Origin: Amoebophrya sp. A120
Taxonomy: Eukaryota; Protista; Dinoflagellata
DNA: 64,000 nt
Assembly (NCBI GenBank): GCA_905178155.1
Contig: CAJINV010000007.1
Span: 1,643,341 to 1,707,340, forward strand
Direction of reading: 5' to 3'
Position 1 is the stretch's first letter; every line of letters starts with the position of its first letter. The position numbers and the translations under genes are program-made. This document shows positions 1 through 12,012 of this stretch, one piece after another. The notes beneath the pieces were generated by a model. That model worked only from the letters and a program-made list of their open reading frames with translations, was not told the origin of the DNA and made no database searches.

Positions 1-807
1 GCGCGCCAACCTCCGCCCACCAATTTCGCTCTACGCGCCTTTCGACAACGGGAGCAGGCTGCGGCGCGGAGGACAACTCCTGGCGAAGATCGCAACAGGG
101 GCTTGGGAAATCTCGAGGCGCTGAGACGTGCGTTACCACCAGACGGCGGTACCCAGGAAAAAACACCCATCCCCATCCATTTTTTGCATGACCGATAGTG
201 GATTTTATGCATGTTCTGCATCACAAATTGGATGGGGATGGGTGTTTTTTCCTGGATAGGCGGGCTGAGCAGTATACAAGAAGAGGAGGAAGAACAACAA
301 GTGGGTGAAGATGTTATTTTTGATACAACCAGTGGCGATGCAGATGCAGATCTACTTCATGCGGAAGACGAAGATGCCGAAGCCGAGCAACAACAGAGAG
401 GAGGCACCAACATTATTCAGCACCAGGACTCCTGGAGGCCAGCGCCAGAGCTACAGTTTCGCCCGCCGGCCCTGCCCACCCTTCTCGCTGTTCCAGAGCA
501 GCTGCAGCATGAACTACATGACTTTCCCTCCCCTGCGCCGCCAGGTGGAGGAGCTCTTGCAGCAAAACCTAACAGCAGAAAAAGACAGCTGGAGCGGTCC
601 CACAACTACCACAACGGGTATCTTCGTCTTCCTGATTTCGTTCCACAGGAAGCAACTACACCTACAGAGCCCGGTGTTGTTTTACCGCCTCCAGGACGCG
701 AATCAACGCAGATGATGAAGTATAGCAATATCGTGCCAAGGCATGCAGGAACAAACCAAGAGTTGTTGCCAAAGTCCTCGACTGAGAGGGTGCATGCCGA
801 AGATTAA
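1..807 (+). CDS. 3' part of a low-complexity acidic/Pro-rich hypothetical protein, interrupted by introner IE1
   Basis: Frame 1 is open from base 1 to the element at 150, hits a stop inside the element, and resumes in the same frame (GLSSIQEEEE...) to TAA at 807. Confidence 0.7.
150..258. mobile_element. Introner/MITE-like element IE1, family A (109 bp)
   Basis: TIR TAcCCAGGAAAAAACACCCATCCCCATCCA ... TGGATGGGGATGGGTGTTTTTTCCTGGATA; direct repeat GGCGG at 145-149 and 259-263. Confidence 0.93.
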
Positions 808-2234
808 CCGTATGCTTGAATCAGGTCGTCGATGTTGCCTTGGACATCACAAAGTGCGGTTGGTAAGATGGCCACGAGGAAATTCCACGGCGGGCAGTTA
901 AAAAAGCGTCCGGACGAACGTTTCCTCACTAATATCTTTTCGATGGAAAATTTTTATCTCTTGTTCACCATCATGTTGTCACACAAAAATCTTTGTATAT
1001 TCATACGCATGGTAGCCATCTCAAGCTTTACCTTTAAGAATTATCGCAAAAACATACAAGTACACGAACAAGCATAAACCATACGATCAGTGAGAATTGT
1101 CGTTGTGTCTGCTTCGTTACCCTCCAGCGTTCGACAGCAAAGGAGCCGTGCAGTTTCGCATTTTTCTGTCGAGATACTGACAACTGATACCCTACATCGT
1201 GCCGATACCGATACAGATTTCGATTTTTTTTCTTTTTTGACTCGGATGAAGAGGAAAAAAGATAGAAATTCGACGAAGCTTTTGCTTCGCCTCTCTTGTT
1301 TTTAGAGAAACTAGGGGCGGTGGAAAATTGCCTCTATACTACAGCAGAGCCTTCCGAGGGGTCAAAAGCAAGGTGTATGATCACGGGAGAAAGACGCTTG
1401 TTGGAGCTGAAAGCATGGAAGCCCTAGCGCTGGAAAATATCAAAAAGAAGAATCGCACTGCATAATCGACATGCCAAAAGTTGTGATGTGGTATAAGGCG
1501 TAAGCGTATCCCTGCAAGAAAAGAAGAAAAAGCAGAAGGAATGTAGCCCCGGTGTGTTACTTACTGGCGTTCTGAGGATAGAGGAAATTGACGACTGCAA
1601 GTTCTGATTTACCGGGTCGCTGCTGAAGAAGATCGTACTTCCCTTTTTACCCCCGTCACGCAAGGCTGCCCTGCTTCAGTGACGCAAGGCCAACGAACCG
1701 GCGTGAGTGTGAGAGTGAGTTCTTCCCATGAAGATCCCTGCTTTCCTCACTAAGGAAAGCTCGATCGTTGCTGTCCTATCAGGATAAAGAAACAACAAGA
1801 TGAAGCTCCTGAGTCTGAGTGATAGACTGCATAATTGTATGGACCCGCGATCAAGAACATGGAAGCCGAAGCGGAAGTACGGGGTGTGGATCTCCAGGAT
1901 CACGGTGTTGAAGTTGTGTTTCGGTTTATTTCCACAACCATGGAACGCAAGTTTTGTTTCATTCTGAGGATCTAGTTTACATGATAGATGATTTCGATAG
2001 TAACAATGGTGGAAGTTGTTCCTGGTTGAAGTTGAAAGGTACCAGTTGTACCGCACAACACGACCAGCAGGAACAAGAGAAAGAGTTCATAGCTCTACAT
2101 ACTTCTGGAACAATCAATGCACATCGCAGGATTCTGTTTCGCCATTCACATTGTGTTGAGTAGCTGCAATAAAGTTAGTTTTACCGGCTTCAGAGCTAAA
2201 TTTGATTTTCAAAAGCTTCAAGAAATAAAACAAG

Positions 2235-4820
2235 ATGCCTCGTTCCACTGCTCATCTCTCACGCCACCGAGTTGTGTCTATCACTTGTGTCGTGGCGTGG
2301 ATATTGCCCGGTTGTAGCTTGTTGACCACACAGCTCCTGCAAAGTGTCCTCGTAGAGGCGAAGTGGAAAAAAGCGAGTTCCTCTAGTACAACTCAGGAAC
2401 AAGCACCACAGCGGGTGCCGGACCACAGCTCGCCGCTTGCTCAGGACGACGTCGGAGATATTTTCGTGTTCGGCGCTACTTCTCCTTCTGGGGGGACAGG
2501 GACAGGCCGTAGCCGTACGTTTGTTCGCCGCGGTCGCAGCTTCAAGAACGGAAGTTCGTCGAGTACAGCAGCTGCAGCCGGTGTCGTGTCCTCCTCGAAT
2601 TACGGCGAGGAATCATTTCTAAGTAGAAACCGGAACAAGAAGAGGGCGGTGTTTTCAGAGCAGGAGCAAAGTCTCCGCCAACTGTACCTGCACCTGCAGC
2701 CGGCGCAATCTGTCTACGTGCCTGAGCCTGGTCCCAATGATTTTCATTTTCGCGGTGAAGATGTTCCTGGTGTTCCGCTCGAAAAGGGAAGTGCTGTTCT
2801 GCTGCACCAACAACACGGTCGTGATGGAGGTGGTTCCCGAGAAGAAGCAGGAGTTTTAGAAGTACCTCGTCCAGCAATTATAGCAGGCGAAGATGGCGCA
2901 TCCGCATCTACTTCTCAGGAACAGCATGAAAACGACGAGGGAATTCAAATTCAGCAGGAACAACAAACTGAAACTTCTGGCATAAATGCTCTGGCGGATT
3001 TGATGCATCAAATGGAAATTTCGCCACGGGACGAGATTGTGGAAGCACAGCATGACGAACCGTCGGAAGTCGATGTTGAAACCGAAAGCACTCCTGAGGA
3101 GGCGGAACACGAAGACGAGCTACATGGTCTGATGAGCCAAGGAAATGTGGAAAACCACGATGACGAAAGTGAAAGAGAGGATGAGGACAATGAAGATCCC
3201 AATAACACGGATCACGATCATGATGAACAAGTAGTCGAACCTGAGCCCTGGAGGTGGTTCCCTCTCGTTTCAAAAAATGGAAGCGGCGGAGATCTCGACG
3301 TTTTGCCGCAAGCCGTGCAGGAGCGTATTGCAAGCCATTTTTTCGAGGAGGAGGTCGACGAAGACGCGTTGGCGGAGATTTTGCCGCTCCCCGCGCCCTG
3401 GGAAGAGCGGAAAGACGAGACCTTTCCCGGCAAGCCGCTCTTTGTCAATCCCGTCACCGGGGAGGCAACTCTGGCCCGACCGCGCCGTCCTCCGCTTGGA
3501 CCTGACTATCTTATCGACAGGGAAGAGCAGAGATATTCATCGCACTAGTAGTCGTGAGCATGCTTGTGGTCTAGTATGTACATGTAGTTGGCAGATGCAT
3601 CTACTTGAGAGGAACCACAAACGCAGTCTGTCTGTCGTGCTGGAAACGTCACATTCACGGTCAAAAAGAGAAAAGAGAAATTTGTGCTGTTGGATTCCAA
3701 GAAAACCTACGATTGCGAGACTTTTGCACAGCATGCGTCGGGCAGTCAAAAGTTTAGGTGGGCGTGTTGCCTACCACAATGTCGTGCACGATCTGTACCA
3801 ATGGGAGCATCCTGGAGAGATGGAAGAAATTGAGTACCTCAATGACGATGAGTATGCTAGAGATGTCAGATGTGTGTAATGAAATCGACAAAATGCAAGT
3901 GCTGGTATGCATCATAAGCATCTGGTGTAATTCTACTCACTGCAAAGTACGTGTTGGTAACCATGACCAGTGGGCGAGCAGATCGTTATTTCGAGGCAAA
4001 CATTTTTCGAGCACCCGATGGGACAAATTGTAGGCCCAAGAAGTACTTCTTGTGTTGCTTTTTTATTGCGATCCCACGACAAGAGGTTTTTTTTGCATTT
4101 TTACGATGTCCACCCACGACCTGACACCTACATACTGTTCTGGCGGAACTCGTACTTCCCGAGCCCTGGGTCCGGGTGGGGACACCACCGGCCGACCCGG
4201 TATCAAATGTAAAAATGTCTGGGTCTGGAAGAATGCAAGATTTGTGATGCAGGTTTTCCATGACCCATGAGGTCTGGAATGCGAGACCCAGCATGACAGA
4301 TTCTTTGAGGTCTCTATCGTGCCTTTCTTGCGTGAGAAACTCCCTCTCAACGTGGTCAAATGCGGACAGCTTTTGGCACTCACGCAACACAGATTTTTGC
4401 ATCATTCAGATTTAGCAAGACAGGTTCTAATCTTCCAGACCCAGACATTTTTGCAATCCATACCCGGAGCTGTATCACAATTCTGTCACGGGCGAGTTGA
4501 CATCGACCCGGCCTCGGCTGCCGCCTCTCATGGGAAGCCCGACCTGGCGTGCCTACCGCACGACCAACCCGGTGGGCCCGATATGGTACTGGAATATGGA
4601 GACCGGACATTGTCAGGCCGAACACCCGGGCGGCCGTGTGGAGGCAGAACGAGCAGAACAAGACCACGTGGTCGCTCCACCGCAGCACGATGTTGACCTT
4701 CAGGGTCAGGCTTCGGAAGAGGACGTCGTGCACGACGTAGCAGCACGAGACCATCGAGAAGGTGGAATAAACCTTCCGGCCGTGCTGGAAGGTCCGGCTC
4801 CGGTCGCGGAGGGGGAATAA
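2235..4820 (+). CDS. Putative secreted acidic protein with about four C-terminal WW-like domains (exons about 2235-3520, 3736-3864, 4137-4200, 4468-4820)
   Basis: Hydrophobic N-terminus. WW-like units: LPAPWEERKD..GKPLFVNPVTGEATLARP, GGRVAYHNVVHDLYQWEHP, LPEPWVRVG..ELYHNSVTGELTSTRP (formed across IE2) and PTWRAY..PIWYWNMETGHCQAEHP. The first two junctions are uncertain. Confidence 0.6.
3519..3735. mobile_element. Decayed family-C introner remnant (left boundary approximate)
   Basis: 3716-3735 CGAGACTTTTGCACAGCATG matches the family-C terminus CGATACTTTTGCACAGCATA. 3538-3551 CATCGCACTAGTAG matches the other arm. No intact TSD. Confidence 0.55.
4201..4462. mobile_element. Introner IE2, family B (262 bp)
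   Basis: TIR core AAAAATGTCTGGGTCTGGAAGA ... TCTTCCAGACCCAGACATTTTT with TAT/ATA ends; TSD CCCGG at 4196-4200 and 4463-4467; removal rebuilds a WW domain. Confidence 0.93.
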
Positions 4821-6735
4821 ACACGAGCGGAGGCCTGGTAGAAACCGGTCCTCCCGGTGGGTCCGACGTATGGTAATTGTATACCTCACTCATAGGTACT
4901 GGCACTCGCACTACAGCTATTTGAAGTGCGAAGGATGAAGTCATGCCATCGTGTTTCCGAACTCAAAATAATGTAAGTATAAAATGAAAATATCGTTATC
5001 GTATTCGTATACCTATACGACGAACAGAAACAGTTGAAGAGAGTGGAAAAGATCAGGAGCAGAACTAGGACCAGTCACAGGCTCTTGTAGAAATAATCGA
5101 GCCAGGATTTTTAGTTCTTGTTGAGCTGTGACATTCAGTGTCTATACATTTACATAGGACTGCAAGCATTCAAATCGGTTGTTATTGACTTTATTTCGAG
5201 TGCTGGAGGCATTCATACGGCCTACACCTACATGCAGACGTCTGCGAGGCATGTTATTGTCGTTGATGTTGTGCGACGAGGATGTTGCGCCACTGAGGTC
5301 CACCAACGGCGAAGCTGTGAAAAGAGTTTTTCCACATGCTCGCCACATATGGATGGACGTTTTGTTTTGCGGCTACAGAAGGACTTACTAGAATTTTCTG
5401 TCTTTGCTTTATTTTTCGAATTCGGCATTGCAGCCTGAAAAAGGAGCAAGAGAAGCATATATTGAACAATTTTTGACGATGATGTTGTACATGGTCATGG
5501 ATTTGGATATGCATAAAGCTTCATTATGGATCGCAGCAAGCGGATCATGTGAAATAGTTTGGAGGAGCGCCACGACCACTCGAAGGCATTGTATGATTGA
5601 AGAACGTAAACAAGACAAAAAGATCAAGATGAATTTGAATGATCGAAGAAAAATAATTGAAGCAAGACGAGAGGGAATAAACGATCCTCAGTGGTTTTTA
5701 TGTGCAAACATTGTTTGCCAGCATGCGTTGCGTGGGAACAAAAGTGGGAAGACCTCCAAGGGCGGTCGGCAGCTATTGTTCATCTTGCAGAAGAACTTCT
5801 GGTAGTATTACAGCCTGTTCTTGGTAGCTCCTCTTAAAGCCTGATGGAGGATTAGCATAGGCTCGTATGCTACGGAGAAAGAAGAAAATGCACTCGATCA
5901 GGACATGATCACGTGTGGACTTGGATCATCCTGAGGAAGATCGCGCTCTTCACCGGATTTTGTCTTTTATTGGACGACGGTAGCAGCACATATGACAATG
6001 ACATCGATCAGGGATCTTCATCTTGTTTATGGTCGAAAACGGTTTCTAATTCTATGTTGGTCTAGTTCTTGTCGAGCCTCCCTCTACTACTCGGTGTCAA
6101 CGTGGTCTACAGGTAGGGCTCTCTCGAACTCCGAGATGGCAAGTACAGTAGAGTTGTTCGAAAATCATCATGACAATAATTGTGGACCGGCACCGCCACG
6201 ACCGGCAGTCAAACTCAAAGGTAAAGGAAAAGCAGACGCAAACAAGCTTTAAGCTCACATACCGAGCCGTGATCATTCTCCTGTGTCGCGCTCGTGGTCA
6301 TGGTGCAGTTGCATTTCGACGATCTACGGATCACTAAACGAAGATCTCAACAGATAAATTCCTTCTGATGGGCCTTTGCCGCTGGCACAGATATACACTG
6401 TTACTTTCTATCTGTCTATTCTCCAACACCACACCACAATCAGTCAAATACGGGTGTTACCATAATTCGTATGTATGGAAAGTTTTTTCCTTTACGAAGT
6501 CTTGTAGCAGTTCTTCCCGAGCTCCTCCTTCATTTTTGATCGACCGCACGACACAAACAGTACAGGTTTTGAAACGCCAGTATTTGGTTCGGTTTTTTAT
6601 TGCTACTCTTGGTCTTGCCAAGTGCAAGTACTTGTATAGGCTTTGTGTATAATATAATCGCGTAAAAAGAACAAGAGAATTTACAACGCAGGAGCACGGG
6701 CAGCTCATCTTCCTTGTTGTATCACTTACTTCACC

Positions 6736-7710
6736 ATGGCGAACCACACTAGTATGGCCAGCCTCTTGAGCACTACATCTACACACAGCTGGCGCAGCTG
6801 CGCTTCTGCGATTCTCCTGCTTAGCGTTTTTTCGGACCCCGCCACCATTTTCGGAAACGCTATGTTCGCGAAGAACAGGAACAACTTGAGGCCGAGACAG
6901 GAAACAACTCCAACTTTTGCGTCGCCTGGTACAGCAGTTCTATCTGCACTCTCGTCGTCCCGCTCCAGCGCTGACGACCTTCAGAGTGGGCGGGGTGGTC
7001 GTGGTATTCGGCTTACACCACATCCCGTGCTACCAGTGAACCACGTTGCCGATCAACCTGGGGAGTTCCTCCGACAGCTTGTTCGGTTGAGTCGCGCCCA
7101 TCACCAGGGAAATCCGCTCCCCGAGATCAACACAAGAAGAGACGCGATGGCCTTCACTGCGCTGAACGAGGGGATTAGATTGAAACCCTACCAGGACCAC
7201 CTTGGCTACTGGACCGTCGGGGTCGGCCACAAGCTGGGTGGCCCGGAGGAACTGGACGCGAAAACTAAGCTGCCGAAGCGAGGAACGAGTGCTTATTCCG
7301 AGGCGGAAATCGAAGCGCTTTTTTTTCGAGACTACGAGGAGCATGCGAGAACTGCTGCGAAAAACGTGCCAATATTCGCTTATCTCAATGAAGCAGGCCA
7401 GGCCGCGCTGGTCGACTTGTACTTTAACATGGGCGCGGGAACGATGGCGAAATTTAGGCAGTTTCACGCGGCGCTGAGAGAAGTGCTCGAACTGAATGAC
7501 GAGAAAGGCGATAGAGCCGTTGAAATCGCGACAAATGCACTTTTGTACAGAGATGCGTTTTATCCGGAAAAGGGTCCATCCGGATACGCGGCGCAGCATC
7601 AGCAGCAGGAGAAGAACGGGCAACTATCACGGCCGAAAAAAGTTGCGAAGATGCTGCGCGACTCACTAGAGAAATTTCGCGAAACAAACAAGAAATCAGT
7701 GCGCGGCTGA
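6736..7710 (+). CDS. Phage T4-type lysozyme (glycoside hydrolase family 24) with N-terminal hydrophobic leader, intronless
   Basis: NEGIRLKPYQDHLGYWTVGVGH gives E-x8-D-x5-T, the T4 lysozyme Glu11/Asp20/Thr26 spacing; QAALVDLYFNMG resembles T4 AALINMVFQMG. Confidence 0.88.
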   Translation: MANHTSMASLLSTTSTHSWRSCASAILLLSVFSDPATIFGNAMFAKNRNNLRPRQETTPTFASPGTAVLSALSSSRSSADDLQSGRGGRGIRLTPHPVLPVNHVADQPGEFLRQLVRLSRAHHQGNPLPEINTRRDAMAFTALNEGIRLKPYQDHLGYWTVGVGHKLGGPEELDAKTKLPKRGTSAYSEAEIEALFFRDYEEHARTAAKNVPIFAYLNEAGQAALVDLYFNMGAGTMAKFRQFHAALREVLELNDEKGDRAVEIATNALLYRDAFYPEKGPSGYAAQHQQQEKNGQLSRPKKVAKMLRDSLEKFRETNKKSVRG

Positions 7711-8491
7711 CGACGCAAGGTAAAGGTAAAGGTAGGTACAAGAGAATTACTCGAGGCTAAGTGGTGTACTAATTTTTTTATTTGGTGCTTGTTATTAATT
7801 TTGCTGAAACACGCACGCAGCTGTTTTTTCTTGAATCGCATTCCTTACCCCGTCGAATTCACAAATTTGTTGTAAAGAAAAAGAGGACACCGTAACGCTG
7901 CTGCAGTATGTAGAATTTTTGTACCACAGCGACCGACGTGTACGTGACACTGACACTAAGAAAAAGAAAAAGCTTCAGCTTGTGGCGAGCAAAGGCCCCC
8001 AACCACAGTGACACACCATGCGATGTTGATATTTCGAAAAACCTTTCACTAGTGTTGACTTTCTTCTATAAAGGGAGCAGCTAAAAAATTGTTCGACCGC
8101 GCACCAGGGCGGCAAAGGAAACATGATCAGACTCAGAGGTTGCCATTCTTACTGTGGAAGATCCTTTGGTATGTTCATCGACGAGCTGGGGGTCTCCAGA
8201 AGTCTTTATGTAATGAGCCACACCGCGATGGATCTTACGCTCAATGGTTGGGTAAATGCATCGGGAGCCTTGCTGATGCGAGATAGTTGTTGTGCGAAAA
8301 GGAGATCGTCGAGATCATCTGGAATTCAGTACGTCACAATCCCATAGATGAAAAACTAGCAACGTATGCTTCGCCTGTAGAAGTGTGAAAAAAAATTAAG
8401 TTATTCCGCTAGAGCGAAAAACAAAAAATAGAACCAGAACAGGAAGTCAAAAACTCCTGCTCTGTTTCAGTTGATCTCGTTCTTTCTGCCA

Positions 8492-8743
8492 GGTCGGACT
8501 TCGGGTTGGAGCGCCCGCCATCAGTTCGCTATATAGCGAACTCATGGCGGGGACCTGGTCGGACCTCGGGGTGGAGTGCCCGCCATCAGTTCGCTATATC
8601 GCGAGCTGATGGCGGGCAGCCGGTCGGGCCTCGGGCTGAGGTGCCCGGGGACCTGGTCGGACCTCGGGGTGGGGCGCCCGCCACCAGTTCGCTATATAGC
8701 GAACTGATGGTGGGCAGCTGGTCGAGCATCGGGTTGGAGTGCC
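8492..8743. repeat. Tandem array of three 38-42 bp palindromes with GC-rich spacer repeats
   Basis: Consensus GCCCGCCATCAGTTCGCTATATAGCGAACTGATGGCGGGC at 8514-8551, 8577-8618 and 8676-8715; spacer GGTCGGACCTCGGGGTGGAGT variants occur about five times. Confidence 0.9.
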
Positions 8744-8924
8744 AGCTGTTTAAGATTTTGAGAGCCTGCGGCGTCGCATTTTCTGCCAGCGCCGAAAACG
8801 CTTTCTTTATCCAGCTTTCACCGCCTTGCGTGCTATTGCTTGTGCAATTCCCCATAAGTTTTTCAAATTCTGCCGTTGGCCTTCTGCTGCACGCTTTGCC
8901 TTTCTCCGCTTGCTTGCAATTTTC

Positions 8925-9446
8925 ATTTTTTGCTTTTACTTTCTACCTTTAGTTTTTACTTTTAGACTTTCCTTTTAGTTTTAAGCTTTTACGTAGTCTT
9001 TACTTATAGTTTTTACTTTTAGCTTTGTTTATGTTTTGCTTTTGCCTTTTACTTTTAGCTTTTACTTTTGGCTTTTACTTTTAGCTTTTCCTTTTAGCTT
9101 TTACTTTTAGCTTTTAGCTTTTAGCTTTTAGCTTTTAGCTTTTAGCTTTTAGCTTTTAGCTTTTAGCTTTTAGCTTTTAGCTTTTAGCTTTTAGCTTTTA
9201 GCTTTTAGCTTTTAGCTTTTAGCTTTTAGCTTTTAGCTTTTAGCTTTTAGCTTTTAGCTTTTAGCTTTTGCTTTTACTTTTGGCTTTCGCTTTTAGTTTT
9301 TAACTTTAGCTTTTACCTTTAGCTTTTACCTTTAGCTTTTACCTTTAGCTTTTGCTTTTAGCTTTTGCTTTTAGTTTTTAGCTTTTGCTTATTACTTTTA
9401 GCTTTTGCTTTTTACTTTTGTTTTTTGTTTTTACTTTTTGGCTTTC
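8925..9446. repeat. (TTTTAGC)n satellite with degenerate flanks
   Basis: 23 perfect TTTTAGC copies at 9105-9265; flanks are TTTTAC/TTTTGC/TTTTACC variants. Confidence 0.97.
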
Positions 9447-9846
9447 ACTTGCGGAATAATAGTTTGGCCATCACACTCTTACTCTTAGCAAGGGATAGAT
9501 TAATATGCGATATTTTACCTCTAGATGGTAAGCCGTCTATCTCAACGACCCGTACCTATTTCATCATCAAAAATTACAATTACCACAGCTAGCGATTCAG
9601 ACACTCGTCGTGGTACTTTGACGCGATAGTTATTTTTCAGAAGTGTGACTTTGAGTTCTATACACTAGTTGTTTAAAAATTCAGTACCGTCTATCGAGGG
9701 TCGTTGGAATAAGAGGCAACGCCAATCACCACGGTATAAAGGAAAGGAAAGTAAAAACCCAAAGTCGCATTAACGCACGGTATTGCTTTCCGATCTTTCG
9801 TTTCTTTTTTCTGACCTAGATTTTTTTCCAGGACTGACACAAAAAA

Positions 9847-10764
9847 ATGGCCTTGTCCGCTACCAAGAAAGCGATTTTCAGCCTTTTCGTGCTGCTAGGA
9901 AGTAGTTCTTCCATGAGCGGCACCAGCATCTGCATCCTGGTGAGCGCTAAAAAATCAGCCTCGCCCACCACGACTGGGTTTCAGAAAAAACTTTCCCGTA
10001 CGGAGTCGGGCGACTCGAACCAAAATTCGACACAGGCTCCAGCGTCGCCTCTGCAGCGCTCGCTGTCTGCCGATCCTTCGCCGCGGAATAATACTGAAGG
10101 GATCAGTGTCGTGTCTTGTGATGAAATTCAAAATCTGGTGACAGATCGCCATCGGCGCAGCGTCAAGGTTCGCTTTGAAATTGTGGAAAAAAATGGGCGG
10201 AAGCTGCACGACAATCCCATCAATGTCACTTTTCCGGACCACCGGCCCATGCGGGCCCTTTACGACACGGCCGCGAGGTTGATCAAAAACTCGGACGTTA
10301 CTAGTGAGCAGATCGAACTTAAGAGAATCGCCACAAAAAATGGCCAGCGTGAGTACAATCTCAGGTGGAACTCTACCAACCGGAGCCTAGCTTTGGCGAA
10401 CTTTCCGACTTTGTTTCCCACGGGGGAGGGAGCGCCGGCTGTTCACCTTCAGGTGAAGGTGAACCCGGATCGGGTTCTTGTGAAGGAACCAAGCACGACG
10501 ACGCATAGTACGGAAATAAAGAACGCAAAGGAAAAATCAAACCTGGTGCAACACCACGCAAACAAGGAAAACATGCAGCAGGACCAAATCGCACACAGGA
10601 TGAAGGTAGAAGAGTGGATGAAGAAGCACGCCGGGGGCAAGTTTCACGTGCGAGGCGAGCGGCCGCCGGTAGAGACGCCAAAGGATAATCTGGCCCGGAT
10701 TCTCTCCATGCGCGGTCCTGATGCGCCCAAGCAGCAATGCCATCCACTTTTGCGGCCGTGCTAA
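9847..10764 (+). CDS. Putative secreted protein with a ubiquitin-like/UBX-like domain, intronless
   Basis: 305-aa ORF; signal-peptide-like start (KKAIFSLFVLLG); beta-grasp-like pattern SVKVRF...VTF....MRALYDTAARL...SLALANF...VHLQVKV. Confidence 0.65.
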   Translation: MALSATKKAIFSLFVLLGSSSSMSGTSICILVSAKKSASPTTTGFQKKLSRTESGDSNQNSTQAPASPLQRSLSADPSPRNNTEGISVVSCDEIQNLVTDRHRRSVKVRFEIVEKNGRKLHDNPINVTFPDHRPMRALYDTAARLIKNSDVTSEQIELKRIATKNGQREYNLRWNSTNRSLALANFPTLFPTGEGAPAVHLQVKVNPDRVLVKEPSTTTHSTEIKNAKEKSNLVQHHANKENMQQDQIAHRMKVEEWMKKHAGGKFHVRGERPPVETPKDNLARILSMRGPDAPKQQCHPLLRPC

Positions 10765-12012
10765 GTACTTACCGATTCATCGTCATGTCATTCAGTAGTA
10801 AACAGTTCTGAGTCTGACGAATCGTGATACGCGGTCGACATCGCTTGATATTTATGATTTTGAATCTAAAGGGAACTACTAGTTTCAAATGTTTTGAGGA
10901 GAGGCGTTGTTGTCTTTCACTACAGCATTACATGTCGAGCACGACAATATCATGATGCATCTCGATAGTTGTTGTACTGTTAAGTTGTATTCATCGAGAA
11001 TTTTAGATAGCACTGGATGGGAGAATACTGGTTTTGAAAACCCCCTGGTTCTCTGCCCGGCGGGAGCAACTTTCTTGCTGCGCAATGGCCATGGCTTGGT
11101 TGCAAGTGCAACAGAGCCTGATGTGATGCTCACTGCGCAAGACCGCAAATGTTTCGCTGTCACCATGCTTATTTCGAGATATGTGCGAAAGACAAGAAAA
11201 AGAATCTGATGAGACAAAGCAGAACCCGAAGCAAGCAGATTCTGCAGATGTGCACCAGCAGTGTATCCAGAATGTTCGCGTCGAAGCTACTATCTGTTTC
11301 TCTTATGGCTTCACTTTCAATTCCAGCATAAAAGTGCTCGCGCTGCAAACACTACTACTAGCAGCAGCAATCTATATCTTATCGTATGAACATGAAGTAG
11401 ATCATGATGAGGAAAATGAAAAATACTTCTGATACTCACTACGTACTCACTATTTCGATTTCCGTGAGAATGAAAAAGATGAAATTTTCGCTTGCTGCTC
11501 TTTAGAGACCGATCGTAATCGATGGAAATGAGGGGTCGTAAAGATTGCATCACGTCATCATGTCGAAGCTCGAGCTCGTAGGGAACGATAGCGATTCCGA
11601 TTCATTCCTTTTGGAATGATGTTGTCACGATTAAGTAATAGCGTACTCCAGGAAACAAGCAACTTCTAGTACTCGAATTTTATTCTGACAGCGACAACAG
11701 AGCTTATGTTTGCTTTATCGTGTTTGATATTGCTGCTGTGTAAAATTCCTATCCCTCATGTGTTGCTGCTCTTGGTTTTGACTTTGACATTGATATGGTA
11801 ACGCTAAAGGTAATGTATGATATAGTTCTAGTTTATCATCTTTCATCATTGATGTTGCAGCAGACTTTTGGTCAGTTTTGTATTTGAGGAGCCATTGGTT
11901 CATATTACAGTGCAAAATTTAAACTTCCCTCGCTCTGGAATGCTACACAGCAACATTATCGATTTTTACAACTACGTCCATCTAGATTTATGTTTGTTGT
12001 ATTGATGCAGTC

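Noticed and set aside
150-258. Tc1/mariner MITE with TA target duplication, or rho-independent terminator hairpins
   Set aside because: A variable 5-bp direct repeat lies outside the TA at every copy, so TA belongs to the TIR; all copies interrupt exons.
6736-7710. Prophage or bacterial contamination
   Set aside because: No other phage or bacterial genes nearby; leader and composition match neighbouring eukaryotic genes.
8492-8743. CRISPR array
   Set aside because: Spacers are copies of each other, there are only three palindromes, no cas genes, and the context is eukaryotic.
8925-9446. True chromosome telomere or Lys/Ala-rich coding repeat on the minus strand
   Set aside because: Internal position with genes on both sides; a 7-bp unit introduces TAA stops on the minus strand.
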